From NCBI GenBank assembly GCA_038087875.1, contig JAXLNO010000153.1, forward strand, positions 62,001 through 98,004: a stretch of DNA of 36,004 bases, given 5' to 3'. Made by a program: the position numbers and the translations under genes. This document shows, piece by piece, positions 23,773-33,585 of this stretch. The notes under the pieces are model-generated. The model was not told where the DNA came from, ran no database searches, and saw only the letters and a program-made list of their open reading frames with translations. Origin of the DNA: Malacoraja senta. Its lineage: Eukaryota. The number at the start of each line of letters is the position of its first letter. The stretch's first letter is position 1.

Positions 23773-23870
23773 GTCCATCTCTCTCTCTATCTATCTATCT
23801 CTCTTGCTCATTCTCTGTCTCTCTCTCCCTCCCTCCCGCTCTGTCTCTCTATCTCTCTCGCTCTTTCTCG
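23346..23870. repeat. (CT)n / (CTAT) polypyrimidine microsatellite
   Basis: Seen directly. Confidence 0.95.
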
Positions 23871-24109
23871 CCCCGCGTCCTTACCCCACCGCCTCCTCCG
23901 TTCCCGAGGGCGATCCTGCGGCCGGTGACCCGAGGAGCCTGGGGTGTGCGGGCGGGGTGGGGGGGGTGTGTGAGTGAGTCAGGGCTGGGTGTCCTCCGAC
24001 TGTAGCGCCCACCTGGCGGCACGAGGCCATGGTGTAACCCATCCACGTTCCCCACAAATGCTGGCGGGGCGGCACCGGCAGTCCCCCTCGGATTGGGTGT
24101 GATAGCACG

Positions 24110-24350
24110 GTGCAGGGCCGCCCCACTCCTTCCTCACCCCAACCCCTCCTCTCCATCCCCTTCACCCCCCTCCTCTCCATCCCCTTCACCCACCTCCCCT
24201 CACCCCCTCCTCTCCATCCCCTTCCTCCCCCTCCCCTTCACCCCCTTCTTCCCCCTCCCGCTCACCTCCTCTCCATCCCCCTTCACCCCCTTCCCTCCCC
24301 CCCTCTCGCCCCACTGCCCTCCATCCCCCTCCCCCTCACCCCCTCCTCTT
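24110..24350. repeat. C-rich low-complexity repeat
   Basis: CCCCTCCTCTCCATCCCCTTCA-like units. Confidence 0.85.
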
Positions 24351-24534
24351 CATGGTAATGTCCTGTTTGCCAGCTTGTTGACCCTCTGTGTTCCCCTCCT
24401 GCAGGGTTTAGGAGCCGTTGCTGTGGACAGAGAGACGGGGATGTGAGCGGCCATTGAGGGCGGCCAGGGTGCCGGTGAGCCCCACTCCCCCATCTGCTCG
24501 GTGTGCGGGCTGAGCTTCGAGGGGCTGAGCTTCG

Positions 24535-25659
24535 ATGGAGGACCACATGATGGGGCACAACAAGGAGAAGCGTTATGAGTGTGACGTGTGTGGCAAGGCC
24601 TGGCAGAAGATGTACCTGCTGGAGACCCACTGGCGGGTTCACACGGGAGAATGCCCCTTCGACTGCTCCAACTGCGGCAAGACCTTCGCCCGCTACGACG
24701 GCCTGCAGCAGCACAACCGTGTGCACTCCGGCGAGAGGCCCTTCACCTGCTCTGACTATGGTAAAGGCTTCAAGACGGCGAAGATCCTGAAAACCCACCG
24801 GTGGGTGCACACGGGCGAGAAGCCCTTCGGCTGCTCCACCTGTGGCAAGAGCTTTACCCGTTTGTCAGGACTGCAGGAGCACCTGCGGATGCACAGCGGT
24901 GAGCAGCCCTTCACCTGCTCCGACTGCGGCAAAGCCTTCAAGACGACGAATGTCCTTAAGATCCACCGGCGGGTGCACACAGGAAAACGCCCCTTCAACT
25001 GCTTGGAGTGCGGCAAGAGCTTCAGCCGCTACGACAGCCTGCTGCAGCACAACCACATGCACTCCGGCGAGAGGCCCTTCACCTGCTCCGACTGCGGCAA
25101 GAGCTTCAAGACGGCGAACGTCGTGAAGAACCACCGGCAGGTGCACACGGGCGAGAAGCCCTTCGGCTGTTCCACCTGCGGTAAGAGCTTTACCTGGTTG
25201 TCGGGGCTGCAGGAACACCAGCGCGTGCACAGCAGTGAGCGGCCCTTCACCTGCTCTGACTGCAGCAAAGGCTTCAAGTCGTCCGCGGACATGAAGAAGC
25301 ACAGACGCCTGCACACTGGCGAGCGGTCCTACACCTGCAGCGACTGTGGCAAGGACTTCACCCACTCCAACAGCCTACTGGTGCACCAGCGCACCCACAC
25401 TGGCGAGCGCCCCTACACCTGCGCCCAGTGCGGCAAGGGCTTCAGCCAGTCCAACAGCCTGTTGGTGCACCAGCGTATCCACACCGGGGAGCGCCCCTAC
25501 ACCTGCACCCAGTGCGGCAAGGGCTTCACCCACTCTACCAAGCTGCTGTACCACCAGCGCACCCACATCGGCGAGCGCCCTTACATCTGCGCCCAATGCG
25601 GCAAGGGCTTCACCCGCTCCAGCAACCTGCTGGTGCACCAGCGCACCCACACCGACTAG
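24535..25659 (+). CDS. KRAB-less tandem C2H2 zinc-finger protein (13 fingers, finger 3 degenerate C>Y), possibly truncated or pseudogenising
   Basis: 374-aa ORF of C-x2-C-x12-H-x3-H repeats with TGEKP/TGERP-like linkers. Upstream acceptor TTCCCCTCCTGCAG|G at 24404/24405. Confidence 0.9.
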   Translation: MEDHMMGHNKEKRYECDVCGKAWQKMYLLETHWRVHTGECPFDCSNCGKTFARYDGLQQHNRVHSGERPFTCSDYGKGFKTAKILKTHRWVHTGEKPFGCSTCGKSFTRLSGLQEHLRMHSGEQPFTCSDCGKAFKTTNVLKIHRRVHTGKRPFNCLECGKSFSRYDSLLQHNHMHSGERPFTCSDCGKSFKTANVVKNHRQVHTGEKPFGCSTCGKSFTWLSGLQEHQRVHSSERPFTCSDCSKGFKSSADMKKHRRLHTGERSYTCSDCGKDFTHSNSLLVHQRTHTGERPYTCAQCGKGFSQSNSLLVHQRIHTGERPYTCTQCGKGFTHSTKLLYHQRTHIGERPYICAQCGKGFTRSSNLLVHQRTHTD

Positions 25660-26770
25660 CACCCCTACACCTGCGCCAGTGCGGCAAGGGCTTCATCCGC
25701 TCCTCCAAGCTGCGGTCCCACCAGCACGTACACGCCGGCGACCATCCCGTCCCCAGCCCGGTGTATGGAGAGCGCTTTGCCATGGCCTCCCACGCCCTGT
25801 CTCGCCAGCGCGCGCACACCAGCGGCCAGCCCTACGGCTGCCCGTACTGTGGTGAGGAGTTTGACAGCTCGCGGGGATTGCGGCAGCAGCGGCAGTCCCA
25901 CGCAGGCGAGCAGCTGCTCCCACTGCGGCAAGCATTTCAAGAACGCAAGGGGCCTGCGGGAGCACCAGCGAATACACACCAGAGACAGACCCTTTGTGTG
26001 CGCTGAGTGTGGCAAGGGTTTCACCCGCATGTGCAGCCTGTGGAAGCACCGGTGGGTGAAACCACCCACTCACCCTTCCCCCGTCACCCCTCCCCTCACT
26101 CGCCCCTCCCCCCACACCCCCTCCCTGCACTCACCCCCTCCCGCCACTCACCCCCTCCCCCCCACAACTCACCCCTCTCCACTCATCCCCCCGACTCACC
26201 CCACGGCACACTCACCCCTACACCACTCACCCACCCACTCACCCCTCCCCCCACTCACCCCTCCCCCATGCCCCACTCACCCCCCCCCACTCACCCCCTC
26301 CTCCACTCACCACTCCCCATTCACCCCCCCCCCACTCCCCCCCCCCACTCACCCCTCCCCATACACCCCCCAACTCACCCCCTCGCCCCACTCACCCCTC
26401 CTCACTCCCCCATCACCCTCCCCCACTCACCCCTCCCCCCACTCATCCCACCTCCCTCTCACCCCTTCCCCCACTCACCCCCACAACTCGGTGGATTATA
26501 TACACCGGAGAGTGACTCTTTGTGTGCGCTGAGTGTGGCAATGGTTTCACCCGCATGTCCAGCCTGTGGCTGGACATGCGGGTGATGCTCACAGCGTGCC
26601 CGCACCTGTGAGCGTCTCTTCCATGTCCCGTGGTAACGGCTTCACCCACCTTGACCAGCTGCTGGAGCACCGGCGAGTCCACACCGGCCAGCGCCCCTTC
26701 ACCTGCCCGCTCTGTGGCAAGGCCTTTGCCCGCTCCTCCAGCCTGCTGGCACACCGCCACATGGATAAGT
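25660..26770 (+). pseudogene. Disrupted continuation of the zinc-finger array
   Basis: The stop TAG sits at the linker Glu position, followed by a 1-bp deletion (GCCAGTGC vs GCCCAGTGC). Further fingers lie in shifted frames (CPYC, CSHC..HQRIH, CAEC), then a C-rich insertion, then [30 protein letters not shown]. Confidence 0.85.
26056..26485. repeat. C-rich tandem repeat (CCCCACTCACCCCTC-like) inside the finger array
   Basis: Seen directly. Confidence 0.9.
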
Positions 26771-26911
26771 GATGTTTTGGTAGACACAAAATGCTGGAAG
26801 GAATGGGTAACATTTTGTGTCAAGCTCCTCTTCCGTCTCGACCCGAAACGTCACCCATTCCTTCTCTCCAGAGATGCTGCCTGGCCCGCTGAGTTACTCC
26901 AGCACTTTGTG

Positions 26912-27228
26912 TTAGAGTCAAAGAGTGATACAGTGTGGAAACAGGCCCTTCGGCCCAACTTGTCCCAGCTACCCTAGTCCCACGTGCCCGCGTTTGGTTC
27001 ATATCGCTCCAAATGTATCCTATCCATGTACCTGTCTAACTGTTTCTTAAAGGTTGGCATAGTCCCAGCCTCAACAACCTCTTCTGACAGCTCGTTCCAA
27101 ACACCTACCGCCCTTAGTGTGAAAAATTTACCCCTCAGATTCCTATTAAATATTTTCCCATTCACATTGAACCCATGTCCTCTGGTCCTCGACTCCCCTA
27201 TTCTGGGCAAGAGATTCTGTGCATCTAA
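26912..27228 (-). mobile_element. CR1 3'-end fragment
   Basis: ESRTRGHGF...FFTLRAVGVWNELSEEVVEAG...FKKQLDRYM. Confidence 0.85.
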
Positions 27229-27303
27229 CTAAATTGTGTTCCATGCAGGATACCAGCATCTGCAGTTTCTTGTGTCTCCCTCACCTATATCCACCTATCA
27301 CTT

Positions 27304-27331
27304 CTGAAGAAGGGTCTCAACCTGAAACGTC
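27304..27331 (+). ncRNA. Minimal hammerhead-ribozyme-like core (stem II partly decayed)
   Basis: CTGAAGA-A-GGGTCTCAACCT-GAAAC-GTC, with the canonical GUC triplet. Confidence 0.5.
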
Positions 27332-27897
27332 ACCCATGCCTTCTCTCTGGAGATGCTGCCTGTCCCGCTGAGTTACTCCTGGATTTTGTGTCCACCTATC
27401 ACTTGCCAGGCCCCAACTCTCATTTCCATCTTCCTCCCCCCACCCTCTCCAATCTGACTCAAAACGTTATTTGTCCATTCCCTCTAAAACGGTGGAGTAA
27501 CTCAGTGGGTCAGGCTGCATCTGTCGAGGGAATCTAAGGCGACCACTCCCACTTCCCCATTCCAACTTTTTCCACTCCCCACACCAAGCAGTCTGAAGAA
27601 GGGACCTGACCTAGAATGTTGCCTGTCCATGATCTCCAGAGGTGCAAGTTAATTCAGGCGATTGTGCCTCTTTTTATAAACCAGAATCTGCTGTTCTTTG
27701 TATCTAGACTAGGCGTGCATTTCATCCTACACTTGTGCTCGGTCCGCCAAGGCCTGCTGAATCTCCCGGTTGCCAACTATTTTAATTCCCCTTCCCACTC
27801 CCACATTGGTCTTTCTGTCCTGGGCCTCCTCCATTGCCAGAGTGAGGTGACACGCAAATTGGAGGAACAGCACCTCATAGCGTGCAGCCCAATGACA

Positions 27898-28117
27898 TGA
27901 ACATTGAATTCTCCAAATTAAGGAGACACCCCTTCCCCCCCTCGTGAGCCATTTCTTTGTCATTCCTCTGTCTTCTCGCTGGCAAAAGGCGTCAGGATTA
28001 ATCTGGAGTCACCGCTTCCCGTTCCCTGGCCGTTCCCCCTCAACTCCGAACGGTGGGATCTCGCTCCCTGCCCTTGGACGTCCGCAAGACTCCGTTTGTG
28101 GTAAACAAGGACTTTTG
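27898..28117 (-). repeat. Left arm of a diverged ~220-bp inverted duplication (partner 32125-32341)
   Basis: The reverse complement of 32125-32341 aligns end to end by eye, e.g. CTTGGACGTCCGCAAGACTC and GGTAAACAAGGACTTTTG. Confidence 0.9.
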
Positions 28118-28528
28118 TAGGAATGTTATAAAATTTTGAGATTTTAAAAATCAAGCCTGCAATTTATCCCATCAGATAAAGCATAAAATCCACTTTAATT
28201 TGATACCTAATTCACTTTCATTTCTTCAGTATTAAAAAAGTTATGGTCATTTTCATACTCGGAAATTAGCATCTTGTTCCCTATTGCTTTTGCATTGACT
28301 TAACACAAAAGCTGTGATCGAGGACAGTCAAAAGCCCATAACTTTCTTAAAAATTAAGAGAACAATTAAATTTTCAGTGAATATAGATTGGAGCATTCTG
28401 AAACAAATATGAAACATCTTACTTGGATGACCTGAAATTAAAGCATATAATTAGTTACCTAATTGTAGCTAATTACAAAATTGACCGTTGTGACGGACAT
28501 AGTAATAAACACCCAGACTGCATTGAAA

Positions 28529-28860
28529 AGCAGGAAATTTTTTCCCAATATTGGGCAATTCCAGAACCAGGGGCCACAGTCTTAGAATAAAGGTGAGGTC
28601 ATTTAAGACTGAGGTGAGAAAAAACGTTTTCACCCAGAGAGTTGTGAATTTATGGAATTCCCTGCCACGGAGGGCAGTGGAGGCCAAGTCACTGGATGGA
28701 TTTAAGAGAGAGTTAGATTGAGCTCTAGGGGCTAGTAGAGTCAAGGGATATGGGGAGAAGGCAGGCATGGGTTATTGATAGGGGACGATCAACCATGATC
28801 ACAATGAAGCAGTACTGGCTTGAAGGACCGAATGGCCTCCTGCACCTATTTTATATTTCT
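28529..28860 (+). mobile_element. CR1 3'-end fragment nested in the DNA transposon
   Basis: AGAACCAGGGGCCACAGTCTTAGAATAAAG...GAATGGCCTCCTGCACCTATTTT matches the CR1 3' ends at ~2000-2300 and ~17900-18180. Confidence 0.9.
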
Positions 28861-28956
28861 AATTCAAAAATGTGATATTCTCAAGATCAGAATTTTAATA
28901 TTATTGTATTATTATAGCTGTAAGTCCGTAACAGATAGGTAAAGAAATTACAATTT

Positions 28957-29294
28957 CTAGCAAAAGACCAAGTCTTTATGGAGAAGATCAGTTGCTAGCT
29001 GGTACATTGGCATATCATAATCAGTAGCATCATCGTACTCCTCAGACTGTAACCAATAAGCAACTCTGTACACCATGTTTTTCCTCAACTTTTCAATTTT
29101 GGCATTGTAAACTACAAGTTTTTGTTCTTCAAACCACACATGACATGCCTTTCTGCCCACTACTTTCCCATTAAGGAGGTCCTGTAGATCATCACATTTG
29201 GAGTAGTCCAAATTCGGATAATTTCTGCGAATGCTGTCTAAATCAGACTCTGGGCATTTGGATTGACAATTTTGCATTTCTTCTTCGGAGACAT
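28957..29294 (-). CDS. Terminal exon encoding a Spindlin (Spin/Ssty)-like Tudor domain
   Basis: ORF VVGRKACHVW...YNAKI...YRVAYW...DYDMPMYQLATDLLHKDLVF resembles the Spin/Ssty repeat (IGKAVEHMF...WRGMV...FYITY...YMYQLLDDYKEGDL, recalled from memory). Strong acceptor TTTTTTTTCCTTTACATTTTAAACAG| at 29295/29294. Confidence 0.6.
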
Positions 29295-30038
29295 CTGTTT
29301 AAAATGTAAAGGAAAAAAAACACTGAACAGCATTAACACAAACAAGTTATTATTTGCAGGTTTAGAAAAAAAAAGGTAGAAATGATAAAGTTAAACGCTA
29401 AAAAAATAGTAAATACCCTTCAAAAAATTCATATTCATCGGTTTCATCAAATCAATTAAATTCATCTAAATTCAATTACTAGATCTAAACATCTATCCAT
29501 TTCTTAAAAAAAGGCTAAATATTTTAAACAGCCTAAGTATCCAAATAACAAATAACAAACTGATCCCATTCTCACAAGAATTCACAATATAACATGATTT
29601 TTAAATCTCACTTTGTCATGAATTTATATGCCAAATGGAAGGAATTTAATGTTTAATTCCCATAAATTAATCCAGAAACACCCACTCTCAAGATAATCAA
29701 AATCATTATTTTTTGCACAAATGTATATCTGTCTAAAACTGTACTGTGGATATTTAGTATGAAAATATTGATCATGGGTAGACAATAACACAAAATATAG
29801 ATGATTTAGATGTTCTTATGACATGATTGTGCCAAAAAATAATGAATTTGAATATCTTGAGAGTGGAAGTTTCTAGAATGTGATCAATTGGAATGTTGCT
29901 GTTGCCATAAATTTGAAGCCCATATCGGCAGGCAAGACATGGCCGATTTGTATGGGGGCCTAAATAACATTTTCCGAATCATAAGATTAAAATGAAGCCA
30001 CACCAAAAGCAAGATAATATGTTAAATAAACAACATAC

Positions 30039-30081
30039 CTTTCGTTTGTCCTGATATTGCGATCTGTGATGCTGAAGGCGT
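30039..30081 (-). CDS. Putative first coding exon of the Spindlin-like gene (start codon ACG, possibly mutated ATG)
   Basis: Donor AAG|GTATGT at 30039/30038. A phase-1 splice to 29294 gives the in-frame (T/M)PSASQIAISGQTK-D-VSEEEMQNC. GC box GGGGCGGG at ~30229-30237 upstream. Confidence 0.4.
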
Positions 30082-30324
30082 TAGAAGTTGTGTTTAACTT
30101 CAATCCAGCGATGCAATCGTCCAGCAAATTAATAAAAAACGGGAACGGAAGCGCGAACGCTTTTTCTTCATCAGCTAGCAGCCCGAGGAAATCCCTCTCC
30201 GACAACCAATACAAACCTGCATTTTAATCCCGCCCCCCACAAAACCTCTGGAATCGCACGCACAGGCAATGGAAGATCTGCAGTGCCGCTGATGGTAGGT
30301 TTTGTAACAACGCTTACTAAGGTT

Positions 30325-30825
30325 TTGTGTGTGCGATGGAGGGTGTGTGTGTGTGAGATGGAGGGTGTGTGTGAGATGGACGGTGTGAGTGTGATGGAGG
30401 GTGTGAGAGATGGAGGGTGTGTGTGAGATGGAATGTTTTATGTGTGTGAGATGGAGGATGTGGGAGAGATAGAGGGAGTGTGTGAGAGATGGAGGGTGTG
30501 TGTGAGAGAGATGGAGGATGGTGGGTGAGAGATGGAGGGTGTGTGTGTGAGATGGAGGGTGTGAGAGATGGAGTGTGTGAGAGATGGAGGGTGCGTGTGT
30601 GAGAGATGGAGGGTGTGTGTGAGATGAAGGGTGTGTGAGATGGAGGGTGTGTGTTTGTATGAGAGATGGAGCGTGTGTGTGAGATGAAGGGTATGTGTGT
30701 GTGATGGAGGGTGTGAGATGGAGGGTGTGTGTGAGATGGAGGGTGTGTGTGTGAGAGATGGAGGGTGTGAGTGTGAGATGGAGTGTGTGTGATGGAGGGT
30801 GTGTGATGGAGGGTGAGTGATGGAT
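30325..30825. repeat. (GAGATGGAGGGTGTGTGT)n-like tandem repeat
   Basis: Seen directly. Confidence 0.92.
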
Positions 30826-31150
30826 GAGCACCAGCCGTGAGTGACTGACCTGAGTCCACCAGCCGTGAGTGACTGAACTGCGAGTCCACCAGCCATGAGT
30901 GACTGAACTGTGAGTCCACCAGCCGTGAGTGAGTGAACTGTGAGTCCACCAGCCGTGAGTGACTGACCTGAGTCCACCAGCCGTGAGTGACTGAACTGTG
31001 AGTCCACCAGCCGTGAGTGACTGAACTGTGAGTCCACCAGCCATGAGTGACTGAACTGTGAGTCCACCAGCCGTGAGTGACTGAACTGTGTCCACCAGCA
31101 GTGAGTGACTGAACTGTGAGTCCACCAACCTTGAGTGACTGAACTGTAAG
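30826..31150. repeat. 30-bp minisatellite GAGTCCACCAGCCGTGAGTGACTGAACTGT (about 11 units, some shorter)
   Basis: Seen directly; gives the 10-aa periodic ORFs. Confidence 0.93.
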
Positions 31151-31159
31151 TCAAAGAAT

Positions 31160-31349
31160 CCATTTGGCTCACAATGTCCATGCTAACCCTCTGGAAACCA
31201 GTCCCTTCTGCCCACAACACCCATACTAGCGCTCCAGAAAGCCCCCCCCTCCCATTGGCCACCAATATTGGAATTGGTGGAGAGGTGGGATATTGCGTTG
31301 GGGGACCAGCCCTCCCGTGAGAATGGGACCCAACAGGTCCCACTTAGTA
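31160..31349 (+). mobile_element. Second Helitron-like 3' end (degenerate)
   Basis: ATATTGCGTTGGGGGACCAGCCCTCCCGTG...TGGGACCCAACAGGTCCCACTTAGT is homologous to 150-233; the CTAG end is eroded. Confidence 0.5.
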
Positions 31350-32124
31350 TAATCCTTTCATAAAGATCAACAAGGAGGGAACTGGGAACTGGAAGAAAAA
31401 TTAATATCCTTCCTTATTTAATTTTGATTAGAATTGAAGAAGGTAACAAGAGGGTGTTTTGGATGTGACAATTGGCAGCTTGAGCAGGTGCAGAAGAGAT
31501 TCGTGGGAATCGTCAAAGTAAGATTAGACATATTACATCTCTGGGAATGTGTGAAAGGTGGAAGGTAAATGTAAACATGAAATAGAGCAGATAACGAAGC
31601 TTGTTTACTCTTCTGTGAGGAGTTACAGTAGATCACCCGCGCCCCCTACCACAAGTAGCGTAGATATGTTGCAGTAAATGGGAGGCTTATGATTGGCTTG
31701 GAATCGGGATGGTAGTGTGGGCCGCCTGAAACATGAGATAGAATAATGTCATGGTTCCCTTGTATTATGTTAGACTTGTTTTAACCATCTGTTGTTGATT
31801 AAGATTAACATGAGCGAAAAGTATGTTATGACTAATGAAATAATTGGTACCCATGTAGAAGATAGTATATTTTCGTATAGCTGTACCTAACAAAAAAAAG
31901 TTGTTTACTGTACAGTATAACTCAGCTAATTCTGCTCTGATGTCAGAGAAATGGTGAGCAGTTTTCTGCCGCCATCTCTCTGTGGTATCATGCAATAAAA
32001 TCTCGATGCAAATCTGCAAAGTCTCCGCTTTTCATTTTGCTTTAATTTCCCTCTAAATTAATTTCTTCCACAAAAAAAACATTTATTTCATAGGAATATG
32101 ACTTGGCTCCAGCTGGTTAACGAG

Positions 32125-32341
32125 CAAAAGTCCTTGTTTACCGCAGCCAGAGTCTTGCGGACGTCCAAGGGTGGGGAGCGAACTCCCACCGTTCAGAGAT
32201 GAGGGGGAACGGCCGGGGGACGGGAAGCGATGACTCCGGATTAATTCTGACGCATTTTGCCAGCGAGAAGAAGACAGAAGAATGACAAAGAGATGCCCTG
32301 GGAGGGGGGGTGTCTCTTTTATTTGGAGAATTCAATGTTCA
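32125..32341 (+). repeat. Right arm of the inverted duplication (partner 27898-28117)
   Basis: See left arm. Confidence 0.9.
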
Positions 32342-33585
32342 CCTCCTGCACCGACACACAACTCACTAACTTCATCAACTTTGCCACTAAATTCCATCCG
32401 GCACCCAAATACACCTGGACCATTTCCGACATTTCCCTACCATTTCTTGACCTCACTATCTCCATCGCAGGTGATAGACTTTTGACCGACATCCACTATA
32501 AACCTACTGACTCCCATGGCTATCTAGACTACACTTGTTCCCACCCTGCTTCCTGTAAGGACTCCAACCCCTACTCCCAATTCCTCCATCTACGCCGCAT
32601 CTGCTCCCAGGATGAGTTGTTCCACACCAGGGCATTGGAAATGTCCTCATTCTTCAGGGAACGGGCATTCCCTCCCCTACTATAGATGAGGTTCTCACCA
32701 GTGTCTCTTCAATACCCCGCAACACTGCTCTCCCCACCCCCCCACTCGGAACAAGGGCAGAGTTCCCCCAGTCCTCACCTTCCACCCCACTAGCCGTCAC
32801 ATACAACAGATAGTCCTCCGTCATTTTCGCCACATCCAACGTGATCCCACCACTTGCCACATCTTCCCATCTCACCCCCTGTCTGCCTTCCGCAAAGACC
32901 GCTCCCTCCGTAACTCCCTGGTCAATTCTTCCCTTCCCACCAGTACCACCCCATGCCCGGGCACTTCCCCTTGCAACCGCAAGAGATGCTACACGTGTCG
33001 CTTTACCTCCCCCTCGACTCCAAGGACCCAAGCAGTCGTTCCAGGTGCGACAGAGGTTTACCTGCATCTCCTCCAACCTCATCTATTGCATCCACTGCTC
33101 TAGATGTCAGCTGATCTACATCGGTGAGACCAAGCGTAGGCTTGGCGATCGTTTCGCCGAACACATCCGCATTAACCAACCTGATCTCCCTGTGGCTCAG
33201 CACTTCAACTCCCCCCCCCCCATTCAAATCCGACCTTTCTGTCCTGGGCCTCCTCCATTGCCAAAATGAGGCCCACCGGAAACTGGAGGAGCAGCACCTC
33301 ATAATTCGCTTGGGCAGTTTATACCCCAGCGGTATGAACATTGACTTCTCCATTTTCCGGTAGCCCTTGCTGTCTCCTCCCCTTCTCAGCTCTCCCTCAG
33401 CCATCTGGCTCCTCGTCTTCCTTTCTTCCCGCCCACCCTACCCGCCCGCCCATCAGTCTGAAGAAGGGTTTCGGCCCGAAACGTTGCCTATTTCCTTCGC
33501 TCCATAGATGCTGCCGCACCCGCAGAGTTTCTCCGGCAATTTTGTCTACCTTTGATTCTCCAGCATCTACAGTTCCTTCTTAAAC
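32341..33585 (+). mobile_element. 5'-truncated Penelope-like element (RT thumb, GIY-YIG, pseudo-LTR)
   Basis: LPFLDL...YKPTDSHGYLDY..SHP..CK; FTCISSNLIYCIHC..C..IYIGETKRRLGDRFAEH; 3' UTR 33364-33585. Frameshifted. Confidence 0.93.
33458..33485 (+). ncRNA. Minimal hammerhead-ribozyme-like core in Penelope pseudo-LTR
   Basis: CTGAAGA-A-GGGTTTCGGCCC-GAAAC-GTT, identical to the minus-strand copy at 18507-18534. Confidence 0.6.

Larger units (their letters stand above)
26780..27918. mobile_element. Cluster of Penelope pseudo-LTR fragments in both orientations plus a GIY-YIG C-terminal remnant (27728-27918, +)
   Basis: Repeated GAAACGTCACCCAT...GATGCTGCCTG.CCCGCTGAGTTACTCC; LPVANYFNSPSHSH..LSVLGLLHCQSE..RKLEEQHLI. 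Confidence 0.8.
28118..30316 (-). mobile_element. Putative non-autonomous DNA transposon with short imperfect TIRs (superfamily unassigned)
   Basis: Left end TAGGAATGTTATAAAA versus right end (reverse complement) TAAGCGTTGTTACAAAA. AT-rich body with an abrupt compositional break at both ends; it cuts the inverted-repeat arm exactly at 28117. No transposase seen. Confidence 0.6.

Noticed and set aside
23021..24005. Ser/Leu-rich ORFs (also His/Thr-rich 30175-31343 and Pro-rich 25765-26585)
   Set aside because: Translations of microsatellite and low-complexity DNA.
24283..26130. Many overlapping antisense and alternate-frame ORFs over the ZNF gene
   Set aside because: Shadow ORFs of GC-rich repetitive finger codons, with no domain signal.
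31960..32120. Octamer ATGCAAAT (32006-32013) as an snRNA-type promoter
   Set aside because: No convincing PSE or recognisable snRNA, 7SK or RNase P sequence downstream.
27918..32320. Inverted arms as TIRs of a 4.4-kb TTAA-targeting (Kolobok/piggyBac) transposon
   Set aside because: The inverted similarity extends ~20 bp beyond the TTAA into Penelope sequence, the right side lacks TTAA, and no transposase lies between. An inverted duplication fits better.
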